Origin: a phage
Sequence record: OZ503099.1
Length of the DNA stretch: 48,179 nt
Strand: one strand, 5' to 3'
In this document: piece by piece, positions 32,812 to 41,128 of the stretch
How positions within the stretch are numbered: position 1 is the stretch's first letter
How the letters are laid out: each line of letters begins with the position of its first letter
Made by a program: the position numbers and the translations under genes
Notes under the pieces: model-generated
The model's input: only the letters and a program-made list of their open reading frames with translations
The model's database searches: none
What the model was told of the DNA's origin: nothing

Positions 32812-33319
32812 GATTGCAAAATTCTCCCTGATGTTTCTCCCTGAACTGTCTTATTGCACGATCAGCATCATCAATTGATGAAAACCTACCTATTTTGTGA
32901 TACTTGCCAAATAACCAGCATTGGGCTATCCACTTTCCCCTTTGATTATCCCAGCTAACTCCCTTGATTCCAGATGTGTTGTTTTTTTGCATCCTCTTGT
33001 TCCACTGATTCTGTGATGTTGTGGCCAGTCTTAAATTTTTAATCCTGTTATCGTTGCGAATGCCATTAATGTGGTCAACTTGTTCTTCAGGCCAAGCTCC
33101 ATAGACGTAAAGCCATGCCAGCCTATGAGCAAGATAGATTCTTCCACTTATTCCTATTTCCACATACCCCTTCTTAGGTTTTATCCTGCCAGCAATGCTT
33201 CCAGAATTTATTCTTCTGCTTGGCTTACTTAACCACGTGAAAACACCAGTGTCTGGATTGTAATGCAGGAGGTGTTTAAGTCTCTCTTGAGTGATGGGCA
33301 ACTCTTTTAATGATGGCAT
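32801..33319 (-). CDS. HNH homing endonuclease with AP2-type domain
   Basis: DHINGIRNDNRIKNLRLATTSQNQWN plus SGIKGVSWDNQRGKWIAQ; paralogue of 4710-5201 and 40538-41128; sits between putative small and large terminase genes. Confidence 0.75.
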   Translation of the reverse strand: MPSLKELPITQERLKHLLHYNPDTGVFTWLSKPSRRINSGSIAGRIKPKKGYVEIGISGRIYLAHRLAWLYVYGAWPEEQVDHINGIRNDNRIKNLRLATTSQNQWNKRMQKNNTSGIKGVSWDNQRGKWIAQCWLFGKYHKIGRFSSIDDADRAIRQFREKHQGEFCNHGA

Positions 33320-33422
33320 GATTGAATCCTCGGTTACAGGCGGTCTATTGGTTGGATGCGGCAGCCCGGAGACCAATCCGGGCAGGGAGCTACCCTTTGC
33401 CGCATTAATTATTATAAATCAG

Positions 33423-33866
33423 TTACTGTTGCTGCTCAAGTAATTTCTCCAGTCGCTCAAGGCGTGCTGCGAGTTCGGTTAACTCTTTCACGTCAAGACC
33501 AACCTTAATCATAGACACAACCTGAGACGCCACGTCAATTGGGAGTTCTCCACTGGAAACGGATTGAATGACATCCTCTATCTGCTCAACTGGAGTGGCA
33601 TCTTTTCGATATTTAAAGTTAACCGGAGGTGCCATGCTTTTTTGCACAGGGCTGATGCGCAGGAATATTTCCTTCAGCATCTGCACACCCTGAGTCGGGT
33701 TTTCCTCCGTCATCCTGATTGACGTCATGATGAATGCGTCAAGGAATTCCTCCTCACCAAGCCCGCATCGCTTTAATGCTTCAATAAGCCTGTTTCTGTA
33801 GCTTAATCCTCTGCCAGCAGGCTGGTACTCAGAGGAAAATTTCATTACAGGGTTCGGATTAGCCAT
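33423..33866 (-). CDS. Putative terminase small subunit
   Basis: 147 aa upstream of HNH plus large terminase; coiled-coil C-terminus; assignment by position. Confidence 0.4.
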   Translation of the reverse strand: MANPNPVMKFSSEYQPAGRGLSYRNRLIEALKRCGLGEEEFLDAFIMTSIRMTEENPTQGVQMLKEIFLRISPVQKSMAPPVNFKYRKDATPVEQIEDVIQSVSSGELPIDVASQVVSMIKVGLDVKELTELAARLERLEKLLEQQQ

Positions 33867-33984
33867 TCTGTTTTCGTCTTTTCGTATTTCGATATGGTTA
33901 GTTTAACACAGATAAAAAAGAACCCGCACAAGGCGGGTTAAAGGTTGGGTGATGATATGAGTGAAAGCAATGGTGGTTATGCGA

Positions 33985-34224
33985 TTATTGTACACCATCA
34001 TTATCACGCTTGCCAGCATAACACCATGCATTTTCATTTCTCGTCTGCACATGAACGATTTCAAGCGCATCAGGGAATGTTTTAGCAACCTTCGCGATAA
34101 AATCATCCAGTTCGTATTGTTTTGCGAGTTGCCAGACTTTCGCTTTAGTGGTTTGCATTAGCAAAAGCCCTCGTTGAGCACATGTACTTAATGTCATGCA
34201 CGCCGTTATCTGGCACAACCTCAA
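33985..34224 (-). CDS. Hypothetical protein
   Basis: 79-aa ORF. Confidence 0.4.
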   Translation of the reverse strand: MRLCQITACMTLSTCAQRGLLLMQTTKAKVWQLAKQYELDDFIAKVAKTFPDALEIVHVQTRNENAWCYAGKRDNDGVQ

Positions 34225-34316
34225 TGTAATTGCCGATTTGTACCATCATGTAGTGACATGTCTTCATACTGTCCCAGTAGCGTTCCCACATGTTTTGCAT
34301 CGCGTCGCTAATGTCA

Positions 34317-34655
34317 TTAAACATAATGCCTCCACTCCCTTTTAACCCACGCTATGCGATTCTTGTTGGTGTGAATTGTTCCGTTAACACATTCCACATA
34401 GTATGAGTTCTCTGCGTTATTAAACGGGTAATCACGGTTGAGTCCGGCCTTAATGAATTGCGATTTCATTAACTGCAACGCCATATCCCTTACCGGGAAT
34501 CTGCAACCTTTACTTGTAAGGTGCGAGCATAAAGAACCACAAAGCCCGCTGCGACGACTGAATGGTTCACTTTCTGGTGCTCCGGCATCAATCCAGTCGG
34601 AATATGCTTCATAAAACTCAGCTAATTGATTAAACATAATACACAACTCCTGCAA
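34317..34655 (-). CDS. Hypothetical protein
   Basis: 112-aa ORF. Confidence 0.4.
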   Translation of the reverse strand: MQELCIMFNQLAEFYEAYSDWIDAGAPESEPFSRRSGLCGSLCSHLTSKGCRFPVRDMALQLMKSQFIKAGLNRDYPFNNAENSYYVECVNGTIHTNKNRIAWVKREWRHYV

Positions 34656-34806
34656 TGGCTGCTACCAGCGATAGCACATAAACAGCAAGGAATATTTTAG
34701 CGCCAGTGGTGTATCGGCGTCGTTGGTGTCTGGTCATAAAAAACTCCTGTTAGCTATGTTTAAGAAGCCATAATGCAAACTTCTGCCTAATGGAAATCTC
34801 TTTTCT

Positions 34807-35070
34807 CTAACCCGCAGTGCTTTCAACTGACGAGGGGAACAAAATCTTTTCTTCAAATCCGGCATTCATATCATGGACAGCAACACACCAATCCATTGAC
34901 GAGCGATTATCGAGAGCCTCCATGATTTCATCCATGCGGCGCAGGTCATACAGGTAAATGCTTTTATCGCCAATGGTGTAAAAACCAATTTTTTTTGGTG
35001 ATGGACAGCGATCAAGAACGTCCTGTAATTCATTCAACCATGCCCGTTCTTTTTTTGTCAAAGTTGCCAT
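34807..35070 (-). CDS. Hypothetical protein
   Basis: 87-aa ORF. Confidence 0.4.
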   Translation of the reverse strand: MATLTKKERAWLNELQDVLDRCPSPKKIGFYTIGDKSIYLYDLRRMDEIMEALDNRSSMDWCVAVHDMNAGFEEKILFPSSVESTAG

Positions 35071-35071
35071 A

Positions 35072-35485
35072 TCACTCTCCTTTGCGAAGCTGTGCGGCGA
35101 AATATTCAGCTCTTTTTACGCATTCTTCATAAGCAGCTGCATCAGCAATATCCTCATCAATGAGAGTAAAATCTCGCTCACCTCTACACCACTGTGCAAA
35201 CATCTCAACCCCCTGTGCACGAATTTCAGCCAGGAAAGCGTCGGTGGCTGGGGTTTCAGTGAGGTTGTCCTCCCAACCGTAGTACTCCTGACGACAGAAG
35301 TTATTAAATTCCTTCTCCGACTGTTTAAGCGCCGCATTCTCCGCTGCCAGCTCCGCGCATTTAGTTTCGAGTGCTGCATAGTCCTTGTATTTAACGAACT
35401 GCCCGAGCCTCAGCTCTTCTCCATGCTTAAAATTAAGAATCTCTTTTTCGCCCATAACCAATGTGTATATCTTCACTTCACTCAT
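35072..35485 (-). CDS. Hypothetical protein
   Basis: 137-aa ORF. Confidence 0.4.
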   Translation of the reverse strand: MSEVKIYTLVMGEKEILNFKHGEELRLGQFVKYKDYAALETKCAELAAENAALKQSEKEFNNFCRQEYYGWEDNLTETPATDAFLAEIRAQGVEMFAQWCRGERDFTLIDEDIADAAAYEECVKRAEYFAAQLRKGE

Positions 35486-35727
35486 ACCATAACCCCCATT
35501 ATTTCTTCGTAATAGCCATCTTCTTCAAACTCAATCTTTGCGATTTTGAGCGCATCATCATCTGTGATGTCAATCGCTTTGAATTTGCACTTTGCCAGCA
35601 CGATGCAGCCAGAAAGAATTAGCCACTTATTCCACCAGTGGACTCTCTTGATTGTCCTGCTTGCATACATTTTGTTCTGCACTATCCAGAACTCGTATGT
35701 TTTCACTTTTTCCATATCAATCACCAT
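35482..35727 (-). CDS. Hypothetical protein
   Basis: 81-aa ORF; overlap with neighbours. Confidence 0.4.
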   Translation of the reverse strand: MVIDMEKVKTYEFWIVQNKMYASRTIKRVHWWNKWLILSGCIVLAKCKFKAIDITDDDALKIAKIEFEEDGYYEEIMGVMV

Positions 35728-35920
35728 CTACTCTGCGATTCCAGTCGACGACTGCCTGTTCTGCAGACTCCCTGAAGTTTGTCATTCTCGCCCCGCATGA
35801 GCATCGAATGAGAAAGTATGGTCTTTCATGGTCAGATGAACGCCATAGCTTAACTTTTGGTTCACCACCGCAAAACGGACAACTCTTGATAATCAACTCA
35901 CTCATATAATCACCATTCAA
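35717..35920 (-). CDS. Lar-family-like zinc-ribbon protein (possible restriction alleviation)
   Basis: IIKSCPFCGGEPKVK...YFLIRCSCGARMTNF: CPFCGG and CSCG motifs as in Lar-family proteins. Confidence 0.5.
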   Translation of the reverse strand: MNGDYMSELIIKSCPFCGGEPKVKLWRSSDHERPYFLIRCSCGARMTNFRESAEQAVVDWNRRVDGD

Positions 35921-35940
35921 ATAAACGTGCTGAATCGCGG

Positions 35941-36123
35941 TCAGAATACGATAATCAGCTCATCCATTACTCTGCGCTTACCTTCACCATTAAACACGCG
36001 CACAACGCGATTTACGCGGATAGATTCCATTGCATTGCGTGCCTGTTTGCTCATAAAGTTCTGCGCGCCAACGTGACCGAGTTCCGGCTCCAGTTTCTCA
36101 CGACGATAGATAGTCTTTGCCAT
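35941..36123 (-). CDS. Hypothetical basic small protein
   Basis: 60-aa ORF. Confidence 0.4.
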   Translation of the reverse strand: MAKTIYRREKLEPELGHVGAQNFMSKQARNAMESIRVNRVVRVFNGEGKRRVMDELIIVF

Positions 36124-36218
36124 TTGTTACTCCTTATACCCTGATTTAGAAACTGCCACCGCGATGATAATGAATGCCACGACAACCAGACTGGCGATAA
36201 GTTCGAATGATGCACCTG

Positions 36219-36404
36219 TCATTTCTTAGAAGCCTTATATTCATCTTCAGTCATCGCATATGCCTCGCAAATCATGTTCGCTGCATCAATGATTGCATTT
36301 GAACGCATGTCAGCAGGAAGACTTGCAACCTGTTGTGATAATGCCATGCATATATCGCTGAACAACTTCATCTGGTCGATGTCGTACGTGCTTTCCTCTT
36401 TCAT
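36219..36404 (-). CDS. Hypothetical acidic small protein
   Basis: 61-aa ORF; first gene downstream of minus-strand promoter. Confidence 0.4.
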   Translation of the reverse strand: MKEESTYDIDQMKLFSDICMALSQQVASLPADMRSNAIIDAANMICEAYAMTEDEYKASKK

Positions 36405-36434
36405 CTCTTCACCCCCGTTTGTTACGATGAGTTC

Positions 36435-36463
36435 AATCTACATCAATGATGATTCTACGTCAA
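36435..36463 (-). promoter_or_regulatory. Minus-strand promoter for the long leftward transcription unit
   Basis: On the minus strand TTGACG (36458-36463), 17 bp, TAGATT (36435-36440); two copies of the recurrent 13-bp motif. Confidence 0.45.
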
Positions 36464-36539
36464 TATAATAGCTAAAATAAACATCTATGTTAGTTGTCAC
36501 TCACGGTTATTAATTTTGTAACTCATTGATTTTTAATAG

Positions 36540-36890
36540 GTGCATTTATCCGTTTTATCCCGCTGATTTTTTCATTTATCCCAAAGATTTCGTTATAAAT
36601 CATAACATTGCGTCGTTTTATCTCATTTAACCTTATCCTGAATCTAATAGAGAGAAATATAATTTTTGAAATGGATTTTTGGTGAGTGAAAAAGATGGTA
36701 AGAAAAACGGGGTAAATGGGATAAATAATAGTATATATCAATAATAATATTAATAAATACATATACTTATCAACAAAATTACTTATCCCAAACTTTCCCC
36801 GTTCTTATCCCGATTTATACCGAATTGCATTTAGCGGATAAGTGATTTGCTAATGTTGCGGCTTGGTTGACATGGAGAATGGATAAGAAT
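36540..36890. promoter_or_regulatory. AT-rich region with clustered TTATCC (DnaA-box core-like) repeats; candidate replication origin
   Basis: TTATCC at 36546, 36555, 36576, 36633, 36783, 36805 (plus) and GGATAA at 36719, 36836, 36881 (minus); very AT-rich block 36721-36780. Confidence 0.4.
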
Positions 36891-36895
36891 AAGAT
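36867..36895 (+). promoter_or_regulatory. Promoter of the P1-P4 operon
   Basis: TTGACA (36867-36872), 17 bp, TAAGAT (36890-36895); GGAGG RBS 5 nt before ATG 36925. Confidence 0.5.
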
Positions 36896-36924
36896 ACTTT
36901 ATGTATAAGTGCGCGGAGGTTTTA

Positions 36925-37146
36925 ATGAAGGTAACAATGGCAACTCAATTTGATCTGGATAATGCAAGGAAGAGAACAAAGTGGCCTTTTAGCAGGATGA
37001 AGCCTGGAGACATTGTGTGCATATCAGAAAGTGAATTCAGCAATACAAAGGTTCAGAGAAAAGCCCATGCTTATGGGCATGCAACAGGAAAATCATTCAC
37101 ATGCAAATCAAGTGATGGGAAAGTAATCATCAAAAGGATCTCATAA
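36925..37146 (+). CDS. Hypothetical small protein P1 (73 aa)
   Basis: Strong RBS; stop overlaps P2 start (TAATG). Confidence 0.5.
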   Translation: MKVTMATQFDLDNARKRTKWPFSRMKPGDIVCISESEFSNTKVQRKAHAYGHATGKSFTCKSSDGKVIIKRIS

Positions 37147-38633
37147 TGTCGATAAAAACCATTTATGACCTGACTTCTGACATAAACAAAGACAGATGGT
37201 ACGACATCACAAAACCACCTGGACTTGCTGGTGAAATTGCTGATGATATTGCCGCTGGTGAGGTTCGTGAACAGCCAAGACTTAGAGCTGTTGCTGCTCT
37301 TCATGAACTGATTATTGCCAGCAAAGGCAAGATTAAAACACCAAGCGGTATGAAGGGAAATCTCCTCACTATCTGTATCGCAGATTCAGCAGGAGGAAAG
37401 GATAGATCACAAAGCCATTTCAAAATCATGGCGAGAGATATCGAAAAGGGTATGCATGTCTTTGGTCGGATTGCATCATCAAAAGATATCGGTCGGTCAC
37501 TGATAAACCATGATGGAGTTGCGACATTTATTATTGATGAATGTCATGGATTGTTTGGTGTAATGACGCAGAAGAATGGCGCAGCTTACATGGCTGAACT
37601 TGGTTCTGAAATTCTGTCTGTTTATTCCGACAGGCTGAAGAAGTTTTCAGACCTTGATGCTGTTAACGCCAAAGAGCAGCTTGAGAAGGAACTCAAGAAG
37701 CTGAAAGCTGAAGTTAAGGATAAAGGGATTGTAGAGTCAGAATACCGCAGACGCGAGCAGCAGCTTGAGCGTGAAATATTGTGGCCAATTCAGCAGGGTA
37801 TCGAAGACCCGATATTCTCGATGATGTGCTTTTCAACACCAGAGAAGCTGTCCAGTATTATTTGTTCAGAAAATATCGGAACAGGCTTGATTGGTCGAGC
37901 AATCTTCATTAAAGGGAAAGACGGTCGCGCAAGGAAATTACGCAAATATGGCCATAAAACACCACAGTCTCTAATAGATAAAATGAAGGCAGTGGAAAAA
38001 TCATCACCACAGGTTGCAAGATACGAAAACGATGTTGTGCAGGCGCTGGCTGAATCACTTGATGACAGATTTGAGGAACTGGTAAATGATGTTTCTCTTG
38101 GCGCAGTAATTGCCCGTTCATTCGAGCAGGTTGAAAAAGTTGCGACTGCACTTTCTGCTGGGAATAAAGGTGTAATTACAGAAGAAATGCTGATGTGGTC
38201 ATTCTGTTTTGTTTGTGAAAGCCTGACAGACGTTATGAGCATGCTAAAAGTGAACGAGAGCCAGGAAGAACTCGGAACAATGGCCAGATGGAATGAGATT
38301 AAAAATAGAATTGAGAATATCCTTTCTGGAAGAACGAAGGATGACAGGATGCCTCAGTCTATTCTCGTTCAGAGGGCTGTTAAAACAAAATCCCTTAAGG
38401 CTCTCGCTGATGCAATAGCAAGATCTAATGGGGAAGATTTTTCCTATGGAGCAAAAACTCTTGTTACTCCAGTAATACAATCCCTCATGGCATCTCGTGC
38501 AATTGATGCTGTAGGTTGCGGTTACTGGATTAACGACGCAAGTAAATTTGAAGGCACGAAAATGAGCGTTAAATTCACGCAAATTGTTGATGGGATTGGC
38601 ATGAATATGGCTGCAATGAGGGGTTGGCGATGA
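37146..38633 (+). CDS. Hypothetical protein P2 (495 aa) with degenerate nucleotide-binding-like motifs
   Basis: CIADSAGGKD and FIIDECHGLF segments about 45 aa apart; rare-codon (AGA/AGG/ATA) rich; no family I can assign. Confidence 0.55.
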   Translation: MSIKTIYDLTSDINKDRWYDITKPPGLAGEIADDIAAGEVREQPRLRAVAALHELIIASKGKIKTPSGMKGNLLTICIADSAGGKDRSQSHFKIMARDIEKGMHVFGRIASSKDIGRSLINHDGVATFIIDECHGLFGVMTQKNGAAYMAELGSEILSVYSDRLKKFSDLDAVNAKEQLEKELKKLKAEVKDKGIVESEYRRREQQLEREILWPIQQGIEDPIFSMMCFSTPEKLSSIICSENIGTGLIGRAIFIKGKDGRARKLRKYGHKTPQSLIDKMKAVEKSSPQVARYENDVVQALAESLDDRFEELVNDVSLGAVIARSFEQVEKVATALSAGNKGVITEEMLMWSFCFVCESLTDVMSMLKVNESQEELGTMARWNEIKNRIENILSGRTKDDRMPQSILVQRAVKTKSLKALADAIARSNGEDFSYGAKTLVTPVIQSLMASRAIDAVGCGYWINDASKFEGTKMSVKFTQIVDGIGMNMAAMRGWR

Positions 38634-38989
38634 ATATAGTGATTAATGAAAATGTTGTGAACTGTTATGCAACAGAAACTCGTCCTGGTAAAGTTGATTT
38701 CACATTGGGCGCTGCTGATTGTGATTGGTTTCATGATCTGTTTTTTCCATATGGAGACTCTCAAGAAGGCATTGAAGTTATTAGTGGTATTTTTTGCTTC
38801 AAAGACGTGCATGGTAATGGTTGGAGAGGAGTCTTGATTGGCATAGATGGACATCATACTGGTAAAAAGTATCAGATTCACACGTCTGGAATCGGGGAGA
38901 CAAAAGACAAGGCGGCAAAAAACACAAGGAAATTGTGGCTTAGTATACGGGATGAAATTGATCATAAACGCAGTGAGGGTGTGTTTTGA
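38630..38989 (+). CDS. Hypothetical protein P3
   Basis: ATGA overlap with P2 stop; 119 aa. Confidence 0.5.
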   Translation: MNIVINENVVNCYATETRPGKVDFTLGAADCDWFHDLFFPYGDSQEGIEVISGIFCFKDVHGNGWRGVLIGIDGHHTGKKYQIHTSGIGETKDKAAKNTRKLWLSIRDEIDHKRSEGVF

Positions 38990-39399
38990 TGAGCGCCAAG
39001 AAAAAACTCAAGTTTCTTATTCACAAGGCGATAGCTCTAAATTTGTATGAATATCGGCTTTTTCTTCTTGAGTGTTCAGTATCTCCTTGTGGATATGGTG
39101 ATTATGATTACTCCATTTCCATTGGTGAACGCCGTGGATGGCTTGAGACGTTTAACACTCTAAGTATTGGTAATGATTGCGAGAAAATAAATAATTGCTT
39201 GTGCTGGAGCTGCGGCGATGGTCTTTTTAGGGCTGTTTACATAGATACATTTTGCAAGATGGGAGACATAATGCTTTATTCAACAGCCATCTGTGATTCA
39301 AAAAACAGAGCTTCGATTGATGCTATTTATGCATGGAGTAATGCAAAGCGAGAGATAATAAAGATTATTGACGATGAAATTGACAAGATGAAATGCTGA
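38989..39399 (+). CDS. Hypothetical Cys-rich protein P4
   Basis: TGATG overlap with P3; 136 aa with about 12 Cys. Confidence 0.5.
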   Translation: MSAKKKLKFLIHKAIALNLYEYRLFLLECSVSPCGYGDYDYSISIGERRGWLETFNTLSIGNDCEKINNCLCWSCGDGLFRAVYIDTFCKMGDIMLYSTAICDSKNRASIDAIYAWSNAKREIIKIIDDEIDKMKC

Positions 39400-39404
39400 T
39401 AACA

Positions 39405-39434
39405 AAAACCCTCCAGTCGGAGGGTTTATTTTAT
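39405..39434. terminator. Rho-independent terminator (bidirectional)
   Basis: AACCCTCC-AGTC-GGAGGGTT hairpin followed by TATTTTAT. Confidence 0.6.
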
Positions 39435-40384
39435 CTGCTTACTGACATTTTCTCTATCAACTCGCCAGCGTCATAAATCTTTCTTCTGATTCTCTTCGCC
39501 ATCCTGATTGTGTCAGCATCATCAGGCAGCATCACCGGTAGTCCTGCGTTTTCCGCAGCGCAAAGTTCGTCAAATTTATAATTAACTATGCAGCGTAACC
39601 GTGCTTTCGTCTCATCACTAACAGAACGCACCACTTCCCACATGTTTTCCGGCGACCAGCAACACCAGACATGAGCGCCAGTGAAGTAATGGCACTTCCA
39701 CGCATCGGCATAATCAGACACCAGGTAAATGAACTTTCCGTTGTCTTCTCCGATTGGGCTTATCGCGCCGCGCGTGAGTTTGCCGTTGATGGCTGAGTCC
39801 TTGTTGTATCCTGCGCGGAAAAACGTTTTGAATGAATCACCATCCATGCCAATGAATGCCACGTTGCACGGCTTCATTGTGTCAGCTCGCATCATCTCAA
39901 CCGCAATAAGCTCTCCAGATTTACCTCTGGCAACATTAACGTCGCAACCAATACCATTTATCAACGTCCACTCATTCATCGCTACACGCGTCGTTTTAGC
40001 CATGATTGCGGCGACTTCCTGTTCGGTGATGAAGTCATCGTTGTAATTTATCTTCGGCATCTCCTTCCTGATTGCCTCCAGCTTTTCGCATGGGTGCATG
40101 TTCAGGAATCCTCCCAGCGCCTCCAGTGCTTCAGGAAAGCTCATGCCTGAAAGTTTCATCAGCCAGTTCATGCCGCTGCCGGAGCCGCACTGATTGCAGA
40201 TTGCACCGCCATCGCCTTTTGTTTCTAAGTTGTCATCAAAGCGATATCTGTCTGTTCCACCACAACTTGGACATGGCTGGTGCTTACCATTGAAAACTCT
40301 GCTATCCACATTGACGATAGACATGATGGCAGCCTGCCAGTTATTTCTCATTAGAGGCTCGATTTCCTTCCAGTCGTACTTCAT
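39431..40384 (-). CDS. DNA primase-like protein (zinc-ribbon plus putative TOPRIM)
   Basis: CPSCGGTDRYRFDD...CNQCGSG zinc-binding motif near N-terminus; downstream acidic E and MDGD elements; adjacent to helicase operon. Confidence 0.5.
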   Translation of the reverse strand: MKYDWKEIEPLMRNNWQAAIMSIVNVDSRVFNGKHQPCPSCGGTDRYRFDDNLETKGDGGAICNQCGSGSGMNWLMKLSGMSFPEALEALGGFLNMHPCEKLEAIRKEMPKINYNDDFITEQEVAAIMAKTTRVAMNEWTLINGIGCDVNVARGKSGELIAVEMMRADTMKPCNVAFIGMDGDSFKTFFRAGYNKDSAINGKLTRGAISPIGEDNGKFIYLVSDYADAWKCHYFTGAHVWCCWSPENMWEVVRSVSDETKARLRCIVNYKFDELCAAENAGLPVMLPDDADTIRMAKRIRRKIYDAGELIEKMSVSR

Positions 40385-40396
40385 AAAATCTTCCTG

Positions 40397-40479
40397 TTGA
40401 CGATGATGTAGATTCATTGTAATTTACTCACATGAAACGCGCAAGCGTTCTTGACATGAAACGCAACTGAGTTTAACAT
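40397..40479 (+). promoter_or_regulatory. Tandem promoters of the helicase/recombination operon with CATGAAACGC direct repeat
   Basis: TTGACG (40397-40402), 17 bp, TAATTT (40420-40425); TTGACA (40451-40456), 17 bp, TAACAT (40474-40479); repeat at 40431-40440 and 40455-40464. Confidence 0.4.
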
Positions 40480-40537
40480 CGAGGATAAGAAATGGCTATC
40501 ACTCTGAAAAAGTGCAAAAATTGTGGGGGAGAATTCT

Positions 40538-41128
40538 ATGGAACATCAAGAGCTGAGTTTTGTTGTTCAGGATGCAGACTCAAAAGTTTCCGAGAAAAAA
40601 AGAAGGGTGCTAAAAATTGATGTTGATTACGTGACATCAAGGTTAGAGGTTGTCAATGGACGCCTGTATTGGAAAAGGAGAGATGAATTAACGCCATACC
40701 ACAAAACATGGAATGCACGGTATCCGGGGAAACCTGCTGACAATAAGCTTGACAAAATGAATTACAGGCTTGTGATGATTGATGGTGTTTATTATAAAGC
40801 ACATAGAATTGTATGGGCTATATGCAAACAGCAAGACCCTGGAGCTATGGACATTGATCACATCAATACAATTAAGAACGATAACAGGATAGAAAATCTC
40901 AGGTTGGCTGATTGCAGTCAAAACAAATGGAATAAAGGCTTATCATCAAATAACACTAGCGGATACAAAGGTGTTAGTTGGTTCAAAAGGGAGAAACGGT
41001 GGGTTGCTCAGATTTGGGTTAGAGGTAAAAAGAAAGTTATTGGTTATTTTAATACCCCTGAAGATGCACATAAAGCGTATGCAAAAGCATCATCAAGTCT
41101 TCATGGTGAATTTGGTAGGGTAAAATAA
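40538..41128 (+). CDS. HNH homing endonuclease with AP2-type domain
   Basis: DHINTIKNDNRIENLRLADCSQNKWN plus SGYKGVSWFKREKRWVAQIW; stop overlaps helicase start (TAATG). Confidence 0.7.
   Translation: MEHQELSFVVQDADSKVSEKKRRVLKIDVDYVTSRLEVVNGRLYWKRRDELTPYHKTWNARYPGKPADNKLDKMNYRLVMIDGVYYKAHRIVWAICKQQDPGAMDIDHINTIKNDNRIENLRLADCSQNKWNKGLSSNNTSGYKGVSWFKREKRWVAQIWVRGKKKVIGYFNTPEDAHKAYAKASSSLHGEFGRVK

Noticed and set aside
36523-36762. 79-aa minus-strand ORF in the ORF track
   Set aside because: Lies in the AT-rich repeat region; sequence is low-complexity Ile/Leu/Tyr-rich as expected from random AT-rich DNA; no ribosome-binding site; more likely origin or regulatory DNA.
40492-40620. 42-aa Cys-rich ORF (MAITLKKCKNCGG...) overlapping the start of the third HNH gene
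   Set aside because: Overlaps the HNH N-terminal region in another frame; cannot decide which start is used, so not called as a separate gene.
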